Source of the DNA: an uncultured Candidatus Binatia bacterium
GTDB lineage: Bacteria > Desulfobacterota > Binatia > Bin18
Assembly: GCA_965200965.1 (NCBI GenBank)
Contig: OZ241744.1
Span: 704,001-768,000, forward strand
DNA length: 64,000 nt
Reading direction: 5' to 3'
In this document: piece by piece, positions 61,359 to 64,000 of the stretch
Layout: every line of letters starts with the position of its first letter
Position numbering within the stretch: position 1 is the first letter of the stretch
The notes under the pieces: generated by a model
What the model was told of the DNA's origin: nothing
The model's database searches: none
The model's input: only the letters and a program-made list of their open reading frames with translations
Made by a program: the position numbers and the translations under genes

Positions 61359-61666
61359 AGTGCGGGGTAGCCTCACGCTGCTTTCACTGCCCGTTGATCC
61401 GTCTCCATTTGGGAGCACGCCAGTGCGCCAGCCAGCTTCAAGCAGGAGCAGTCCGCCACCTGGGAGGGAGGGAACATAGGTGTGTCCCGTGGGGGTGCGC
61501 TCACCAGAACACTAAGCACAGGCCCAGGTGCAAGTAAAGAAGACAGGCCGGTCGCCCCTGTCGGCGGTCGGCTTCACTCGCCTTGACCTTTTCCTCCCCT
61601 TTGGCATTATGGGGGCCAACCTGCGGAGTGTATTCTTCAAGAGTGCTGCCTGTTTTGAGTACCCAT

Positions 61667-62665
61667 GTGGCTATAAAACCCTCACCTTCTCCAGCCCCCC
61701 GGTTCGACCTGGGACTCGCTCCGCATACCCTGGTTGGGGAAGAATTAGCCCAAGTTGAACAGCGCCTCGCCACACTCCTGGATTCCCGAGAACCCCGGTT
61801 GAGCGAAATTGGGCATTATTTGATTGACGCGGGCGGCAAGCGGGCACGACCAGGGGTGACGCTGCTGGTCTTTCGCGCCTGCGGAGGCAAAGACCCGCAC
61901 GATATCGTTGATATCGCAACCGCCCTGGAACTCATTCATTCGGCCTCGCTGCTGCACGATGATATCATTGACGGGGGAGGGGTGCGCCGGGGCAAGCCGT
62001 CTGCGCTGGAGCGCTTCGGCCTGTCGGAGACCCTGGTGGCCGGCGATTTTCTGTTTGGCCGGGCGTTTGCCCTGTGTGGGCGCTTTGAGGAACGGGTCAT
62101 TGCCTGGGCGACCGAGGCGTGTATCAGTCTGACCGAGGGTGAGGTCATGCAGGGCCGGTTTCGGCGCAATCCCGCGGTCACGGCTGAGGATTACCTGGAG
62201 ATTATCGCGCGCAAGACGGCCTCCCTGTTTTCACAGGCGGCTCGGCTGGGCGCGTATCTGGCCGGCGCTTCGACTGAGCTTGTTGAGCGGCTGGCCTCGT
62301 GCGGCTATTGTGTCGGCATGGCCTTTCAGATTGTGGATGACCTGCTTGACGTTGAGGGCGATGGCGAACTGACCGGCAAACCGGTCGGGGTTGATCTCAA
62401 AGAGGGCAACCCGTCTTTGCCGGTGGTGCTGGCCATTGCCTTGAACGCCGAGGTCAGACGGGTTTTCCAGAACGCCCAGGCGACGAATCAAGAACTCGCC
62501 GCCGCCCTTGAACATATCCGGCTGTCCGGGGTATTGACCGAGGTCAAGCTGCGGGCGCGGACCTACGGCCAGCAAGCCCTGGCGTCTTTGGTTGCCTTGC
62601 AGTCCTCGGCCTATGCGGACAGCCTGCGATGTTTTATTCGTCAGCTCGTTGATCGGACCGCCTAG
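61667..62665 (+). CDS. Polyprenyl diphosphate synthase (start uncertain)
   Basis: GGKR.RP, LHDDIID..RRG, KTA, FQIVDDLLD. Confidence 0.92.
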   Translation: MAIKPSPSPAPRFDLGLAPHTLVGEELAQVEQRLATLLDSREPRLSEIGHYLIDAGGKRARPGVTLLVFRACGGKDPHDIVDIATALELIHSASLLHDDIIDGGGVRRGKPSALERFGLSETLVAGDFLFGRAFALCGRFEERVIAWATEACISLTEGEVMQGRFRRNPAVTAEDYLEIIARKTASLFSQAARLGAYLAGASTELVERLASCGYCVGMAFQIVDDLLDVEGDGELTGKPVGVDLKEGNPSLPVVLAIALNAEVRRVFQNAQATNQELAAALEHIRLSGVLTEVKLRARTYGQQALASLVALQSSAYADSLRCFIRQLVDRTA

Positions 62666-62679
62666 AGGCGAGCGAGACC

Positions 62680-63420
62680 ATGACTGCCGATGCGCCCCAT
62701 ACCCAGCTTTGTCAGATAGCCGACTCCTTGCAACGTTACGTCGAGGTTCTTAAAGAGAGCGGGGTAGATGGGTTGCCGCGAGCGCTGTCCGGGCCCCAAG
62801 CGGCCCGGGCGGCAGGCTCAGCCGAAGACAGGCTTGCCGCGCCTGCCGATAGCAACAGGCAAGCGCTTGACAGTCTGGTGGCCCTGCGGGAAGCGATTGG
62901 CGACTGCCGACGCTGCAAGCTGTGCGAGTACCGAACCCGGATTGTGTTTGGTGCTGGCGACCCGCAGGCCGAACTTGTTTTCATCGGGGAAGGGCCCGGC
63001 TCTGACGAGGACCTCAAGGGCGAGCCGTTTGTCGGGCGGGCCGGACGACTTCTGACCGAGATCATCACCAAGGGGATGAAGATGCGCCGCGAGGAGGTCT
63101 ATATCACCAATGTGGTCAAATGCCGGCCGCCCCACAACCGTGATCCCGAGGCCGACGAAATTGCGGCCTGTGAGCCCTTCCTGCGCAAGCAGCTCGAACT
63201 GATTCAGCCGCATATCATCATCGCCCTCGGCGCGTTTGCCGCCCACACCCTGCTCCAGACAAAAACCCCGATTTCCCGACTGCGTGGAGTGTGGCACACT
63301 TATCATGGGGCCAAACTCATGCCCACGCTGCACCCGGCCTACCTGCTGCGCAACCCCGGGGACAAGCGGCTGGTGTGGCAGGACATCAAGGCGGTGCTGC
63401 GGGAGATGGGACGGCTCTGA
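62680..63420 (+). CDS. Family 4 uracil-DNA glycosylase
   Basis: CRRC.L, GEGPG, PFVG.AG, NVVKCRPP, HPAYLLR. Confidence 0.93.
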   Translation: MTADAPHTQLCQIADSLQRYVEVLKESGVDGLPRALSGPQAARAAGSAEDRLAAPADSNRQALDSLVALREAIGDCRRCKLCEYRTRIVFGAGDPQAELVFIGEGPGSDEDLKGEPFVGRAGRLLTEIITKGMKMRREEVYITNVVKCRPPHNRDPEADEIAACEPFLRKQLELIQPHIIIALGAFAAHTLLQTKTPISRLRGVWHTYHGAKLMPTLHPAYLLRNPGDKRLVWQDIKAVLREMGRL

Positions 63421-63435
63421 AAAGTCAAAAGTCAC

Positions 63436-64000
63436 ATGTCAGAACGACGAGGGATACAGGCTTTTGGAAAGGATCGCTGGGCAGTGCGAAAACACCCTGT
63501 TGGATCGCTGTATCTCGTCCTGTGTGCTGGGCTGCTGATGGGCTGGGGGCGCGGCGAGACGCTTACGGCGCAGGTTGAGCCGGAGGTCGGGCACGCTGCC
63601 GGGCAAGAAGATGCCCGGCCGGCTCAGAGCGCGCCGCCGGCCGGGATGCGTTCAACCCATATTAGTCTGATCGTGGTAGATGCCACCATTAACCCGGCGG
63701 TGGCGGATTTTATCCGCGAGAGCATCAATCAGGCCGTCCGTCAGGGGGCGCTGGCGCTGATTGTTCAGCTTGACACACCTGGCGGGCTGTTGTCGTCAAC
63801 CAAGACGATTGTCAAAGACCTGCTCGACGCTCCCCTGCCGGTGATTGTGTATGTGGCCCCCGGTGGCTCGGGTGCCATCTCGGCCGGGGTGTTTATCACG
63901 ATGGCCGGCACGATTGCGGCCATGGCCCCCGGCACGACGATCGGAGCGGCCCATCCGGTTGCCGGGGGCGGGCAGGACATTGAGGGTGACATGCGGGAGA
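63436..64000 (+). CDS. nfeD: NfeD-family membrane serine protease (3'-truncated by window edge)
   Basis: Translated by hand from ATG 63436: LDTPGGL, VYVAP, SAG, AAMAPGTTIGAAHPV; no stop before the window end. Confidence 0.9.
   Translation, partial: MSERRGIQAFGKDRWAVRKHPVGSLYLVLCAGLLMGWGRGETLTAQVEPEVGHAAGQEDARPAQSAPPAGMRSTHISLIVVDATINPAVADFIRESINQAVRQGALALIVQLDTPGGLLSSTKTIVKDLLDAPLPVIVYVAPGGSGAISAGVFITMAGTIAAMAPGTTIGAAHPVAGGGQDIEGDMRE

Noticed and set aside
1-64000. CRISPR array, tRNA, rRNA, IS elements
   Set aside because: Intergenic gaps are short, and no spaced repeats, cloverleaf or transposase motifs were seen by eye; not computationally excluded

Overview
GC-rich bacterial chromosome window. 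The gene repertoire (many LLM monooxygenases, CoA-transferases, thiolase/DUF35 pairs, SDRs) is compatible with a Binatia/deltaproteobacterial-type heterotroph, but this assignment is inference only. It contains: the 3' half of a quinohemoprotein amine dehydrogenase cluster (qhpD-qhpC-qhpB) with an atypical gamma-subunit peptide; several decaying genes; the core rpmE2-prfA-prmC-murA-hisD-hisB operon; an LLM/hydrolase/formyl-CoA transferase operon; acyl-CoA catabolic genes with apparent active/dead subunit pairs; and housekeeping genes (cysE, coaBC, polyprenyl synthase, UDG, nfeD). There are three candidate defence inserts: (i) a Schlafen/AlbA_2 gene bracketed by a duplicated promoter and next to an orphan DNA methyltransferase, (ii) a two-gene Druantia-like DUF1998 helicase plus a 1140-aa partner, and (iii) a type III-like RM operon with an ABC ATPase and TOPRIM-like pair nested between mod and res. 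No rRNA, tRNA, CRISPR array, integrase or transposase was recognised. All calls come from motif reading, not database searches.
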